A stretch of DNA of 52,199 nucleotides from Clostridia bacterium (GTDB lineage: Bacteria > Bacillota > Clostridia > Oscillospirales > Acutalibacteraceae): positions 1-52,199 of the forward strand of contig JAKSPN010000001.1 of assembly GCA_024404755.1 (NCBI GenBank), given 5' to 3'. Positions 16,292 to 25,160 of this stretch are shown piece after piece. Numbering within the stretch: position 1 is the first letter of the stretch; every line of letters starts with the position of its first letter. The notes under the pieces are model-generated. The model saw nothing but the letters and a program-made list of their open reading frames with translations, ran no database searches and was not told the origin of the DNA. The translations under genes and the position numbers were made by a program.

Positions 16292-16320
16292 TTGACAAGT
16301 TAGTGTTGGCTAACTATAAT
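16292..16320 (+). promoter_or_regulatory. consensus sigma-A promoter of feoAB with an embedded palindrome
   Basis: TTGACA (16292-16297), a 17-nt spacer, then TATAAT (16315-16320). The spacer plus the flanking bases read AGTTAG-TGTTGG-CTAACT, which contains a 6-bp perfect inverted repeat. Confidence 0.7.
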
Positions 16321-16374
16321 GAGGTGTGATAGAATAGAAACCGAAAAATGTAAGTAAACGTTAGAGGTAGCAGT

Positions 16375-16614
16375 ATGCAAAAAACGGTAAACGACTTAAA
16401 AATCGGCGAAGGCGGCGTGGTGACGGCGCTCGGTTGCTCGGGTGCTTTGCGCCGCCGCATCATCGATATGGGCATCACCCCCGGCGCGCACGTGATTATG
16501 CGCAAAGAAGCGCCGATGGGCGACCCGATTGAAATCAACGTCCGCGGCTATGAACTGAGCATTCGCCGTTCGGAAGCGAAAGAAATCGAAATCGAGCCGG
16601 AGGTGGTCAAATGA
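16375..16614 (+). CDS. feoA: ferrous iron transport protein A
   Basis: 79-aa SH3-like FeoA pattern (L..L..G....V......G..R.RL.DMGI.PG..V). ATGA overlap with feoB. Confidence 0.88.
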   Translation: MQKTVNDLKIGEGGVVTALGCSGALRRRIIDMGITPGAHVIMRKEAPMGDPIEINVRGYELSIRRSEAKEIEIEPEVVK

Positions 16615-18776
16615 GTGTCACCTACGCGCTCGCCGGCAACCCCAACTGCGGCAAAACGACGCTCTTTAACGAGTTGACCGGCTCCAACCAATACGTCGGC
16701 AACTGGCCGGGTGTCACGGTCGAGAAAAAAGCGGGTCAACTGAAAAGCCACGGCGAAGACGTGACGGTCGTGGACCTGCCGGGTATCTACTCCCTCTCCC
16801 CTTACTCCGCCGAAGAAATGGTCAGCCGCAATATGCTGCTTGAAGACCACCCCGATGCCATCATCGACGTGGTGGATGCGACCAACTTGGAACGCAACCT
16901 CTATCTATCGTTGCAATTAGCGGAACTCGGGCTTCCGATGGTTATCGCGCTCAATATGATGGATATGTTGAAACAGCGCGGGCTGATTATCGACGTGCAA
17001 AAAATGGAACACCTTTTAGGTATTCCGATTGTCCCGATTGCCGCTTCGCGCGGGCAGGGCATCGACAAGCTCGTTGACCGTGCGTTCCACGACGGCGCGA
17101 AACGCATCGCCAAAGAGGTGCTCCCCTTTGACGAGCAGACGATTGCGAAGCGCATCGAAAAAGCGTTCCCCGACAACGAGTATATCCACCACGAACTGCA
17201 CGAACGCCGCGAACACCACGGCGCGGAGTATCGCTCGACCTACAAAATCGACGAGATTTACGAAGCGGACGTGCTCGAAGCCCTGCTCCGTATCGAAAAA
17301 ATCATCGAGCCGAAGTGTATGAAAGCGAATATGGCGCTGCGCTGGTCGGCGGTGAAAGTTATGGACGACGACCCGCCGACGATTGAGGCGCTCGGGCTGA
17401 CCCAAGGCGAAGCCAACCTTATCAACGAAATCGTCTCTGCGCTCGAAACGGACAAAATGCAGCGCGATATGATTATCGCCGACCAGAAATACAAGTTCAT
17501 CTGCAAGGTGTGCGACGAATGCGTGGTACACCTCAAAAAACCGGGCGAACTCACGGTTTCGGACAAGGTGGACAAAATCGTCACCAACAAATACCTCGCC
17601 ATTCCCGTGTTTGCGGGCGTAATGGCGCTGGTGTTCTTTATCGCGTTCGGGCCGATCGGCTCGTTTTTAACCGACGGCGCGGCGGCGCTCATCGGTGCGC
17701 TGACCGCCACCATCCGCACGGGACTCACCTCGGCGGGCGCCTCCGATTGGGCGGTGTCGCTCGTATGCGACGGCATTGTCGCGGGTGTCGGGTCGATTGT
17801 GTCCTTTTTCCCGCAGATTCTCCTCTTGTTCTTCTTCCTCTCGCTTTTAGAGGACAGCGGCTATATGGCGCGCGCCGCGTTCATTATGGACAAATCGCTC
17901 CACAGAACGGGACTTTCCGGCCGTTCGTTCGTACCGATGCTGATGGGCTTCGGTTGCTCCGTTCCCGGCATTATGGCGGCACGCACGCTTGAAAACGAGC
18001 GCGACCGGCGACTGACCATTATGCTCACGCCGTTTATGTCCTGCTCGGCAAAAATGCCGGTGTATGCGCTGTTTATCGCGGCGTTTTTCCCGAAATACGC
18101 GGGACTGGTGATTTTCTGTATCTACGCGTTCGGGTTGTTGATGGCGATTCTCTGCGCCACCATTCTTAATAAAACCATCTTAAAAGGCGGTCACGCGCCG
18201 TTTGTAATGGAACTGCCGCCCTACCGCCTGCCCACCGCAAAAACGCTGTGGATGCATCTGTGGGAACGCATCAAAGACTTCGCCGTGCGCGCCGGCACGA
18301 TTTTGCTCGCCGCTTCGGTGATTATCTGGTTCTTGCAGTCGTTTGACCTCGGGCTTCACCTGCTGACCCCCGACCAAGCCGCCGACAGCATTTTGGCAAC
18401 CATCGGCAAAGGACTTGCGCCTCTGTTCATTCCTCTCGGCTTCGGCAACTGGCAAACGTCGGTGGCACTCGTGTCCGGTTTCGTCGCCAAAGAAGCGGTG
18501 GTCGGCACGCTCAATATTCTCATCTCCCCGGTGTCCGATGCGGCGATGCACGCCGCGCTCGGCACGATGTTTACGCCGGTGGCGGCGCTCGCGTTCCTCG
18601 TGTTCGTGCTGCTCTACTGCCCGTGCGTGGCGGCATTCTCCGCAATGAAGCGGGAGTTCCGTTCGTGGAAATGGGCGGTCGGCACGGTCGCGTTCCAAAC
18701 CGCCGTCGCGTGGGTATGCGCGTTCGTCGTGTACCAATTCGGCACGTTGTTCGTCAACGTGGTACAGTTGCTGTAA
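16611..18776 (+). CDS. feoB: ferrous iron transporter FeoB
   Basis: N-terminal G-domain (GNPNCGKTTLFN, DLPG) followed by a large polytopic permease domain. 721 aa. Confidence 0.92.
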   Translation: MSVTYALAGNPNCGKTTLFNELTGSNQYVGNWPGVTVEKKAGQLKSHGEDVTVVDLPGIYSLSPYSAEEMVSRNMLLEDHPDAIIDVVDATNLERNLYLSLQLAELGLPMVIALNMMDMLKQRGLIIDVQKMEHLLGIPIVPIAASRGQGIDKLVDRAFHDGAKRIAKEVLPFDEQTIAKRIEKAFPDNEYIHHELHERREHHGAEYRSTYKIDEIYEADVLEALLRIEKIIEPKCMKANMALRWSAVKVMDDDPPTIEALGLTQGEANLINEIVSALETDKMQRDMIIADQKYKFICKVCDECVVHLKKPGELTVSDKVDKIVTNKYLAIPVFAGVMALVFFIAFGPIGSFLTDGAAALIGALTATIRTGLTSAGASDWAVSLVCDGIVAGVGSIVSFFPQILLLFFFLSLLEDSGYMARAAFIMDKSLHRTGLSGRSFVPMLMGFGCSVPGIMAARTLENERDRRLTIMLTPFMSCSAKMPVYALFIAAFFPKYAGLVIFCIYAFGLLMAILCATILNKTILKGGHAPFVMELPPYRLPTAKTLWMHLWERIKDFAVRAGTILLAASVIIWFLQSFDLGLHLLTPDQAADSILATIGKGLAPLFIPLGFGNWQTSVALVSGFVAKEAVVGTLNILISPVSDAAMHAALGTMFTPVAALAFLVFVLLYCPCVAAFSAMKREFRSWKWAVGTVAFQTAVAWVCAFVVYQFGTLFVNVVQLL

Positions 18777-18791
18777 CCTAAAATAAAGCAT

Positions 18792-18826
18792 AAAAAAACC
18801 CGCAACCTCTCGGTTGCGGGTTTTTT
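18792..18826. terminator. bidirectional terminator between convergent feoB and the TPM gene
   Basis: AAAAAAACCCGCAACC-TCTC-GGTTGCGGGTTTTTT. Confidence 0.8.
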
Positions 18827-18829
18827 GCG

Positions 18830-19585
18830 TTAAAAATGGCCGCCGCCACCGCCGTGGCTGACACCGCCGGAACTCATGTGCGAGCCGCCGGAGCCGCCGT
18901 CGTCTTTGGGTCGGGCGGTACGGGTTACGGTGTTATAGAGGAAATTCTCCTGTGCGAGCGTGACGTTGAGCGAGCCGGGTTTTAAGTAGTTGTTCGCCGC
19001 CGGCTGGAAGCGCACGGTTTTGAGTTTGGCTTTCATCGAGCCGACCACAATCAGCGCGATAATAAAGCCGATGACGAGCGCCACCCCCACGCGCGTCCAG
19101 TTGAAGAAACTGGTTTTGTGGATAATTTCGCGTTTGACTTCGTTCGCATACGCTTTGAACGCGCCGGCATAATCACCGGCGGACAAATCGCTGACAATGC
19201 GGTCACCGACGGTGCTGTAACTCACCATTTCGATGCATTTACCGCAGGTGGACACGTACCACGCGCGCTCCTCCATCGAGAGAAGCAGCAACACGCCGTC
19301 TTGCCCGCTTTCGCCGCGGCCGTAGCCGTTTTGGTCATAGTAATCGTCGGCGAACGCCATTTCGCTTTTCATACCGAGCGACGGGGTCGTCACCACGACG
19401 ATATCCGCATCCACCGCGTCGCTCGCTTCGTTGAGCGCCGTAATGATTTCCGATTTTTCGGCGGTCGTCAAAAGATTGGCATCATCCACCAACAAATCCG
19501 CACCGCTTTTGGCGGAAACCGACACTGCGAACAACGCAGCAAACACCATAAGACACCCGAGAAGGGCGAAAATTCGTTTTGTCAT
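18830..19585 (-). CDS. TPM-domain (YgcG-like) membrane protein
   Basis: Start set at ATG 19585 (MTKRIFALLGCLMVFAALFAVSVSA) with AAGGAGGGGA RBS. The TPM-like segment reads LLVDDANLLT..EK..I...L......DIVVVT. It has a mid-protein TM helix and a Gly-rich tail GGSGGSHMSSGGVSHGGGGGHF. Confidence 0.75.
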   Translation of the reverse strand: MTKRIFALLGCLMVFAALFAVSVSAKSGADLLVDDANLLTTAEKSEIITALNEASDAVDADIVVVTTPSLGMKSEMAFADDYYDQNGYGRGESGQDGVLLLLSMEERAWYVSTCGKCIEMVSYSTVGDRIVSDLSAGDYAGAFKAYANEVKREIIHKTSFFNWTRVGVALVIGFIIALIVVGSMKAKLKTVRFQPAANNYLKPGSLNVTLAQENFLYNTVTRTARPKDDGGSGGSHMSSGGVSHGGGGGHF

Positions 19586-19599
19586 CTTCGTCCCCTCCT

Positions 19600-20685
19600 T
19601 TACAGCAACCCGAGCAAGCCGAACACCGCGAACAGCGCCGCGGAAATGCCGACCGTCAGCCCGCCGAGCCAGCGCCAAAACGCCGCTTTGTCGCACGGCA
19701 GGTCGCCGACGAATTTGCCGGTTTGTCCGTTCATCGCAAACGTGTATTGGCATCCGTTCCACGTCGTGTTGAGCAGCCACACGGGATAGAGCGCGTAGCG
19801 CACCTTGCCGTTATCGAGCCGCACGGTACTGCTTTCCGGCACTACCGTAGAAAATCCCGTCACGGTCGAGGCAAACACCTCTTCGGTACTGCGCTTAATG
19901 CGCGCGTTGGCGCGTTCGATGCTCTGCTCGGCGGTCACGTCGTATTTGTCCGCCAAAAAGCCGGAGAGATACGCCGTTTGGAAATCCACCGCCTGCGAAA
20001 AATCGAACGGCTCGATGGATTCCATCAAATCGTCCGCCATACGCAGCGAGCCGTCCACCGGAACGTACTGGAATCCGAGGTCGCCGGCGCGAAGCACCAT
20101 AAAGTGGCTCGTTTCGGTATAGTCGTAGTCGCTGTCGCTCCAATGGCGCACGTTGGTCGCGTGGTAACGGATATTGGCATCCGCATCCGCATCAAACAAC
20201 CAAAACGGGACGTAAATGCCTTTGATTTCGTCGATGTGGTTTTGGCTTTTGAACACTTTGGGCAACAGACGTTTGCCCTGCAAATGCTTTTCGAGTCCGG
20301 CTTTCGCCGCCTCTTTATCGAGTTTGAACGGAATGACCACGTCGGGGCGAAGCGCACCCGAGAGGTTGCCTTTCATCACGACCGGATTGCCGCAAAACGG
20401 GCACGCGGTCGCCGCGGTGGTTTTTTCGCAGGCGATTTCGCCGCCGCAGGTATCGCAAACGTAGGTGGCGAGCGCATCCTGCTCGCCCTCCTGCCATTCG
20501 CCGCCCATATCGGTCTGCCATTGCATCTCGTCGGGGGCATCCATTTTTAAGCCGTCGTCGTAACTTTGGAGCGTTGCCATATCGAATTCCGTGCCGCAAA
20601 ATTCGCATTTGACTTTTTGCAGAGCGGTATCGAAGGTCATTCTTCCGTTACAACACGGGCAGGTATATTCCAAAAGATTTCCCAT
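19600..20685 (-). CDS. double zinc-ribbon protein with a C-terminal TM anchor, function unknown
   Basis: CPCC...CEFC and CDTC...CPFC ribbons, a ~230-aa conserved-looking domain, and a terminal hydrophobic helix. AAGGAGGA RBS. It ends 14 nt before the TPM gene. Confidence 0.75.
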   Translation of the reverse strand: MGNLLEYTCPCCNGRMTFDTALQKVKCEFCGTEFDMATLQSYDDGLKMDAPDEMQWQTDMGGEWQEGEQDALATYVCDTCGGEIACEKTTAATACPFCGNPVVMKGNLSGALRPDVVIPFKLDKEAAKAGLEKHLQGKRLLPKVFKSQNHIDEIKGIYVPFWLFDADADANIRYHATNVRHWSDSDYDYTETSHFMVLRAGDLGFQYVPVDGSLRMADDLMESIEPFDFSQAVDFQTAYLSGFLADKYDVTAEQSIERANARIKRSTEEVFASTVTGFSTVVPESSTVRLDNGKVRYALYPVWLLNTTWNGCQYTFAMNGQTGKFVGDLPCDKAAFWRWLGGLTVGISAALFAVFGLLGLL

Positions 20686-20745
20686 TCAAAATCCTCCTTT
20701 TTCTTCACACTAATAGGGCAAGTATAGCACACAAATGCCGAAAAG

Positions 20746-21780
20746 TCAACTCTGCACCCACTCCGAGCGGTCGTACGAGAACAAGTTTACGTCATAGACG
20801 TTCTCGGTAGAAGCGGTTTTGGAAGCAATCGCCCGCCCCGCGCCAAACGCCACGCAATCGGCGGGGTTGTCCGCCACACGGCATTCCACGCCGAGTTCGC
20901 GCGACAACCGCTCGGCGAGCCCGAACAGTTCGGCACAGCCGCCGGTCAGCGTAATGCCGTTCGCCATCACGTCCCCCGCTATTTCGGGCGGCGTGGTTTC
21001 GAGCACCGCTTGGATAGCGGCTAAAATCGCCGCAAACGGCTCGGAAAGCGCTTGGAACACGTCGGCGGCAGACACGGTTTTTACACACGGGAGCCCCGAA
21101 ATCGAGTCCCGTCCGCGCACGTCCATCGTTTCCTCCCGCGGGAGAACGCCGCCGATTTGGCGTTTGATTTCCTCGGCGGTTTTGAGGCCGATAACGTGGT
21201 TATAGCGATTACGCACCATACGGACGATGGCTTCATCCATATCGTCGCCCGCCACTTTGATGGATTTCGCCGATGCCACGCTTCCGAGGGACAACACGCC
21301 CACGTCGGTCGTACCCGCGCCGATATCCACCACCATACAGCCGTTCGGCTCTTCCACCGGAAGACCCGCACCGAACGCCGCGGCAATATATTCTTCCACC
21401 AGCGCCACACGGCGGATACCCACCGCCGTCGCCGCCTGCACTACCGAGCGCTCTTCCACCTCGGTCACGGCGGCGGGCACGGAAATGGCGGCGCGGGGCT
21501 TAAACACCTTAAACGCGCACACCTTGTTGACAAACGCGCGCAACATCTTCTCCGCGGCATCGTAATCGGACACCACGCCTTTGCGCATCGGGCGCACCAC
21601 GCGAATGGTCGGCGGCTCTTTTTCGAGCATGTCATACGCTTCCCGCCCCACGGCGATGACCCGCCCCGTTTTGGTTTCAATCGCGATGACCGACGGCTCG
21701 CAAAGCACGATTCCCGCGCCCTCGCGGTAAATCGACACTTTGGACGTACCCAAATCGATGCCTAAATTCGTTCCTGCCAT
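20746..21780 (-). CDS. mreB: rod shape-determining protein MreB/Mbl family
   Basis: Actin-fold motifs GIDLGTS, VVDIGAGTTD and LTGGCA. 344 aa. Confidence 0.9.
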   Translation of the reverse strand: MAGTNLGIDLGTSKVSIYREGAGIVLCEPSVIAIETKTGRVIAVGREAYDMLEKEPPTIRVVRPMRKGVVSDYDAAEKMLRAFVNKVCAFKVFKPRAAISVPAAVTEVEERSVVQAATAVGIRRVALVEEYIAAAFGAGLPVEEPNGCMVVDIGAGTTDVGVLSLGSVASAKSIKVAGDDMDEAIVRMVRNRYNHVIGLKTAEEIKRQIGGVLPREETMDVRGRDSISGLPCVKTVSAADVFQALSEPFAAILAAIQAVLETTPPEIAGDVMANGITLTGGCAELFGLAERLSRELGVECRVADNPADCVAFGAGRAIASKTASTENVYDVNLFSYDRSEWVQS

Positions 21781-22494
21781 TCAGAAATCTCCCCTCTCTA
21801 ATCGGGTTTTGGCGAGGGTCGCGCCGAACACGGCGCTTGCCCCGTAGATTTTTAATATCAGCGCACATTCGCGCAACGTCGCGCCGGTGGTACACACGTC
21901 GTCCACCACCAAAAAGCGCTTGTCCGCCACGTCCGCGTTCAGAAGACAGTCGAGCGCGCCGCGCAGGTTGCCCTCGCGTTCAGCGGCGGGCACTTCCTTT
22001 TGCGGTTTGGTGGGAAACGCTTTGCACAGCGTCGGCACAAGCGGCACGTTAAGCCGTTTCGCCACTTCCCGCGCAAGCCATTCACTTTGGTTATAGCCGC
22101 GCTCGCGAAAATCGTCTTTGTCCATCGGCACAAAGGTCACGCCGTCAAACGCGACGTCCTCGAACTCCTGCTTGACCGTCTCGGCGATTTCTTTCGCGTA
22201 ATAGGCGGCGGTGAGCGCCGTCGCGTTTTCCTTAAAGCGCAAGACACCGCGCTTTACCGCGCCCTCATACAAAAACGGCGCACACACCGCATCGAGTACG
22301 GTCGCGGTGCTTTTGCAGGTGCAATACGCTTTTGACAACCCGCACCGCAGACACAGCGGGCGCTCCTGCCGCGGCAACGTGGCGTTGCACCGCTCGCACA
22401 CCGGCATTCCGGCGTACACCACCGTGTCGCAAAACGCGCACCGTTCCGGGAAAAACACCGCCAACACACGGCGGGACAACGGCAATTTCTTCAT
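21781..22494 (-). CDS. comFC: ComF family protein (ComFC-type phosphoribosyltransferase)
   Basis: N-terminal Cys clusters (CAFC, CERC, CLRC) and the PRTase motif FLVVDDVCTTGATL. Confidence 0.85.
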   Translation of the reverse strand: MKKLPLSRRVLAVFFPERCAFCDTVVYAGMPVCERCNATLPRQERPLCLRCGLSKAYCTCKSTATVLDAVCAPFLYEGAVKRGVLRFKENATALTAAYYAKEIAETVKQEFEDVAFDGVTFVPMDKDDFRERGYNQSEWLAREVAKRLNVPLVPTLCKAFPTKPQKEVPAAEREGNLRGALDCLLNADVADKRFLVVDDVCTTGATLRECALILKIYGASAVFGATLAKTRLERGDF

Positions 22495-24713
22495 ACGGCG
22501 CCGTCCTCATCCCGGGCGGTCAAAAACTCTTGAAGCCCGCTGTAACGCAGGGTTTTGCGGTTGTTTTCAATCATCCGCCAAAGCGTTTCATCCTCGCCGA
22601 CGATGACGAGCAGATTTTTTGCCCGCGTCACCGCGGTATACAGCAAATGGCGGTAACAAAGCGGTTTCGGCACGTCGAACAGCGGAATGACCACGATATT
22701 AAACTCGTTGCCCTGGCTCTTGTGGACGGTGGTGGCGTAAGCGAGTTCCAAATCCTCTGCATCCGCGCGCAGATAGGTCACCTCGCGGTCGTCGTCAAAC
22801 GTTACCGTCAGGCAATCGTCCCGCCGGTCCACCTCGGTCAGCACGCCGATGTCGCCGTTGAACACGCCCGCGCCCACCGCGCCGTCCGGCTTGGTCCACG
22901 ACAAGTCGTAGTTGTTTTTGGTTTGCATCACCTTGTCGCCCACGCGGAACGTACGGAAACCGGACGTAAACTCCGCTTTTGTCGCCGAGGGCGGGTTGCA
23001 TTTTTCTTGGAGTGCTTTGTTGAGTTCTTCCGTCCCCACCCGACCTTTGCGGGCGGGTGCAAGCACCTGAATCCCGTCGAACACGCTTTCGCCGTATTTC
23101 TCCGGCAAGCGGCGGGAACAGAGGTCCACCACCGCGTGGCTGACGGCGGCGGCGCTGTCGCGTTTCATAAAGAAGAAGTCCGATTCTTTGTCCCCCGCAA
23201 GCGGCGGTTCGCCCGCCACAATGCGGTGGGCGTTTTGGACGATATGGCTTTCGAGCGCTTGGCGAAACACCCGTTTGAGTTCCACCGCCGGCACCAATCC
23301 GCTGGCCACCAAGTCGCCGAGCACGTTGCCCGCGCCGATGGCGGGAAGTTGGTGGGAATCGCCGACAAGCACCAAGCGGCAATGCGGTTTCAGCGCCCGC
23401 AACAACGAGCAAAAGAGCGCCGCATCCACCATCGACAACTCGTCCACAATCACGGTATCCGCATCCAGCGGATTCAGTTCGTCCCGCGCGAAAACGGGGC
23501 GGTCATCCTCCGTCCATTGCACTTCCAAAAGACGGTGGACGGTTTTGGCTTCCCGTCCGGTGAGTTCGCTCATCCGCTTGGCGGCGCGGCCGGTCGGCGC
23601 GGCTAAAAGCACCGTTTCGCCCTGCGCTTCAAGCGCGGTTAAAATCGCTTTGAGCGTGGTGGTTTTTCCCGTTCCGGGGCCACCGGTCAAAATAAAAATC
23701 TGCCGCTTTAACGCGGTTTCAATCGCCAGTCGTTGCTCGTTTTCGTACACAATGCCGTCCGTGCGCTCAATCGCTTCAATCAGCGCGTCGGTATCCGCTA
23801 CGTACAGCGGTGTTCCCTCCACGCGCTCGCGCACGTCTTTGGCGATGTATTTTTCCTGCACGAACAGTTCCGGCAAAAAAGCGAACACCTGCCCGCGCAG
23901 CGTGGAAATCACAACTTTCCCGCTGCTGATGAGCGCGTTTAAGCCGTCAATCACCGTTTCCCGCGGGATTTGCAACAGCCCCGCCGTCACCTCGCACAGC
24001 TTGTCCGTCGGCAGGCAGGTATGACCGTTGTGGGTGTTGTGGCGCAACACGTGTAACAGCGCGGCTTTCACCCTGCGCGGGTCGTCCGCCGCAAACTGCC
24101 GTTCCTCGCAAAGCGCATCCACGCGGTCAAACGACACGCCCAGAGCGTTGTCGCAGAGAATATAGGGGTTTTCTTTGATTTTGTCCGCCGCCGCGGCACC
24201 CCATTTTTTATAGCATTTTAAGCATTCGGTGGGGTTAAGCCCGTATTCCGAAAGCACGAGCATCGCTTCCCGCAGTCCGAACTGTTCGGCGAACGCATCC
24301 CCCATTTGACGGGCGGCCGCGGCGGTGATGCCGGAGATTTCCGCCAATCGTTCCGGTTCTTCCTGCAACACGCGCAGCGAATCGTCCCCGAATTTGCGCA
24401 CAATTTTAAGCGCACGACCGGGGCCGATGCCTTTCACCGCGCCGGAACTCAAATACCGCAAAATAGCGGAAGCATCCGACGGCAGTCGCCGTTCGCATTG
24501 CTCTGCTTTGAACTGCACGCCGAAAGTCGCGTGCTCGGTAAAACTGCCGCGGGCGCGAATTTCCTCGCCCACCGCCACCTCGGGCAGTACGCCGACAACC
24601 GTATGTAATTGTTCATCGCTCGACACTTCCAGCACCGTCCACCCGTTGTCGGGATTGCGGAACACCACGCGTTCCACCGTGCCGCAAAGTTCCGGCAGTT
24701 CTCTGTCGTCCAT
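22491..24713 (-). CDS. recD2: SF1B ATP-dependent RecD-like DNA helicase (RecD2)
   Basis: Walker A LTGGPGTGKTT, DELSMVD, and a C-terminal SH3-like/2B region ending in TVHKSQG. 740 aa. 4-nt overlap with comFC. Confidence 0.9.
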   Translation of the reverse strand: MDDRELPELCGTVERVVFRNPDNGWTVLEVSSDEQLHTVVGVLPEVAVGEEIRARGSFTEHATFGVQFKAEQCERRLPSDASAILRYLSSGAVKGIGPGRALKIVRKFGDDSLRVLQEEPERLAEISGITAAAARQMGDAFAEQFGLREAMLVLSEYGLNPTECLKCYKKWGAAAADKIKENPYILCDNALGVSFDRVDALCEERQFAADDPRRVKAALLHVLRHNTHNGHTCLPTDKLCEVTAGLLQIPRETVIDGLNALISSGKVVISTLRGQVFAFLPELFVQEKYIAKDVRERVEGTPLYVADTDALIEAIERTDGIVYENEQRLAIETALKRQIFILTGGPGTGKTTTLKAILTALEAQGETVLLAAPTGRAAKRMSELTGREAKTVHRLLEVQWTEDDRPVFARDELNPLDADTVIVDELSMVDAALFCSLLRALKPHCRLVLVGDSHQLPAIGAGNVLGDLVASGLVPAVELKRVFRQALESHIVQNAHRIVAGEPPLAGDKESDFFFMKRDSAAAVSHAVVDLCSRRLPEKYGESVFDGIQVLAPARKGRVGTEELNKALQEKCNPPSATKAEFTSGFRTFRVGDKVMQTKNNYDLSWTKPDGAVGAGVFNGDIGVLTEVDRRDDCLTVTFDDDREVTYLRADAEDLELAYATTVHKSQGNEFNIVVIPLFDVPKPLCYRHLLYTAVTRAKNLLVIVGEDETLWRMIENNRKTLRYSGLQEFLTARDEDGAV

Positions 24714-24754
24714 ACTGTCCTTCCTTTTTTATCACAGTTATATAACAGTATACT

Positions 24755-25039
24755 CTATTCCGATAAAAAAAGCAAGGTTTCGGCAACATTCGACGGCGAA
24801 ATTCTTCCGTTTTTTTCGTCCGGCTCGCCCGCCGTCCAAAACACCACCGGATGTCCCGCTTTTTCCTCCCACAACTCGCGGCAAAACGGGGTCAGCGCCT
24901 GCCCGTCGTCACACCGCACAAGTGTGACCGGCTTCATCTCTTTCGGCAACCACAACCACGACGTAAACCGCACGATTCCCTCGCACAAACCGTACACCGA
25001 AAGCACACCTACCATCACGAAAAACAACACCGTACTCAC
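24755..25039 (-). CDS. hypothetical small membrane protein
   Basis: GTG start with AAAGGGGAGAG RBS and one N-terminal TM helix (VLFFVMVGVLSVYGL). It is co-oriented with its neighbours. No recognisable family. Confidence 0.4.
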   Translation of the reverse strand: MSTVLFFVMVGVLSVYGLCEGIVRFTSWLWLPKEMKPVTLVRCDDGQALTPFCRELWEEKAGHPVVFWTAGEPDEKNGRISPSNVAETLLFLSE

Positions 25040-25116
25040 GTCGCTCTCCCCTTTCCGACAAAACCCCTCCGCGCCCGTCCCTTGCTATCAACCTATGCGG
25101 CGCAGAAAAAAGCGTG

Positions 25117-25150
25117 AAAAAAAGCACCGTCAACAGACGGTGCTTTTGCT
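25117..25150 (-). terminator. rho-independent terminator of trkA
   Basis: Stem GCACCGTC/GACGGTGC (25124-25143), followed on the minus strand by TTTTTTT. Confidence 0.75.
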
Positions 25151-25160
25151 TTATTCTTTG

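Noticed and set aside
16175-16374. Fur box upstream of feoAB
   Set aside because: I compared the region by eye with the classical 19-bp Fur consensus and found no convincing match. Only the AGTTAG/CTAACT palindrome is reported.
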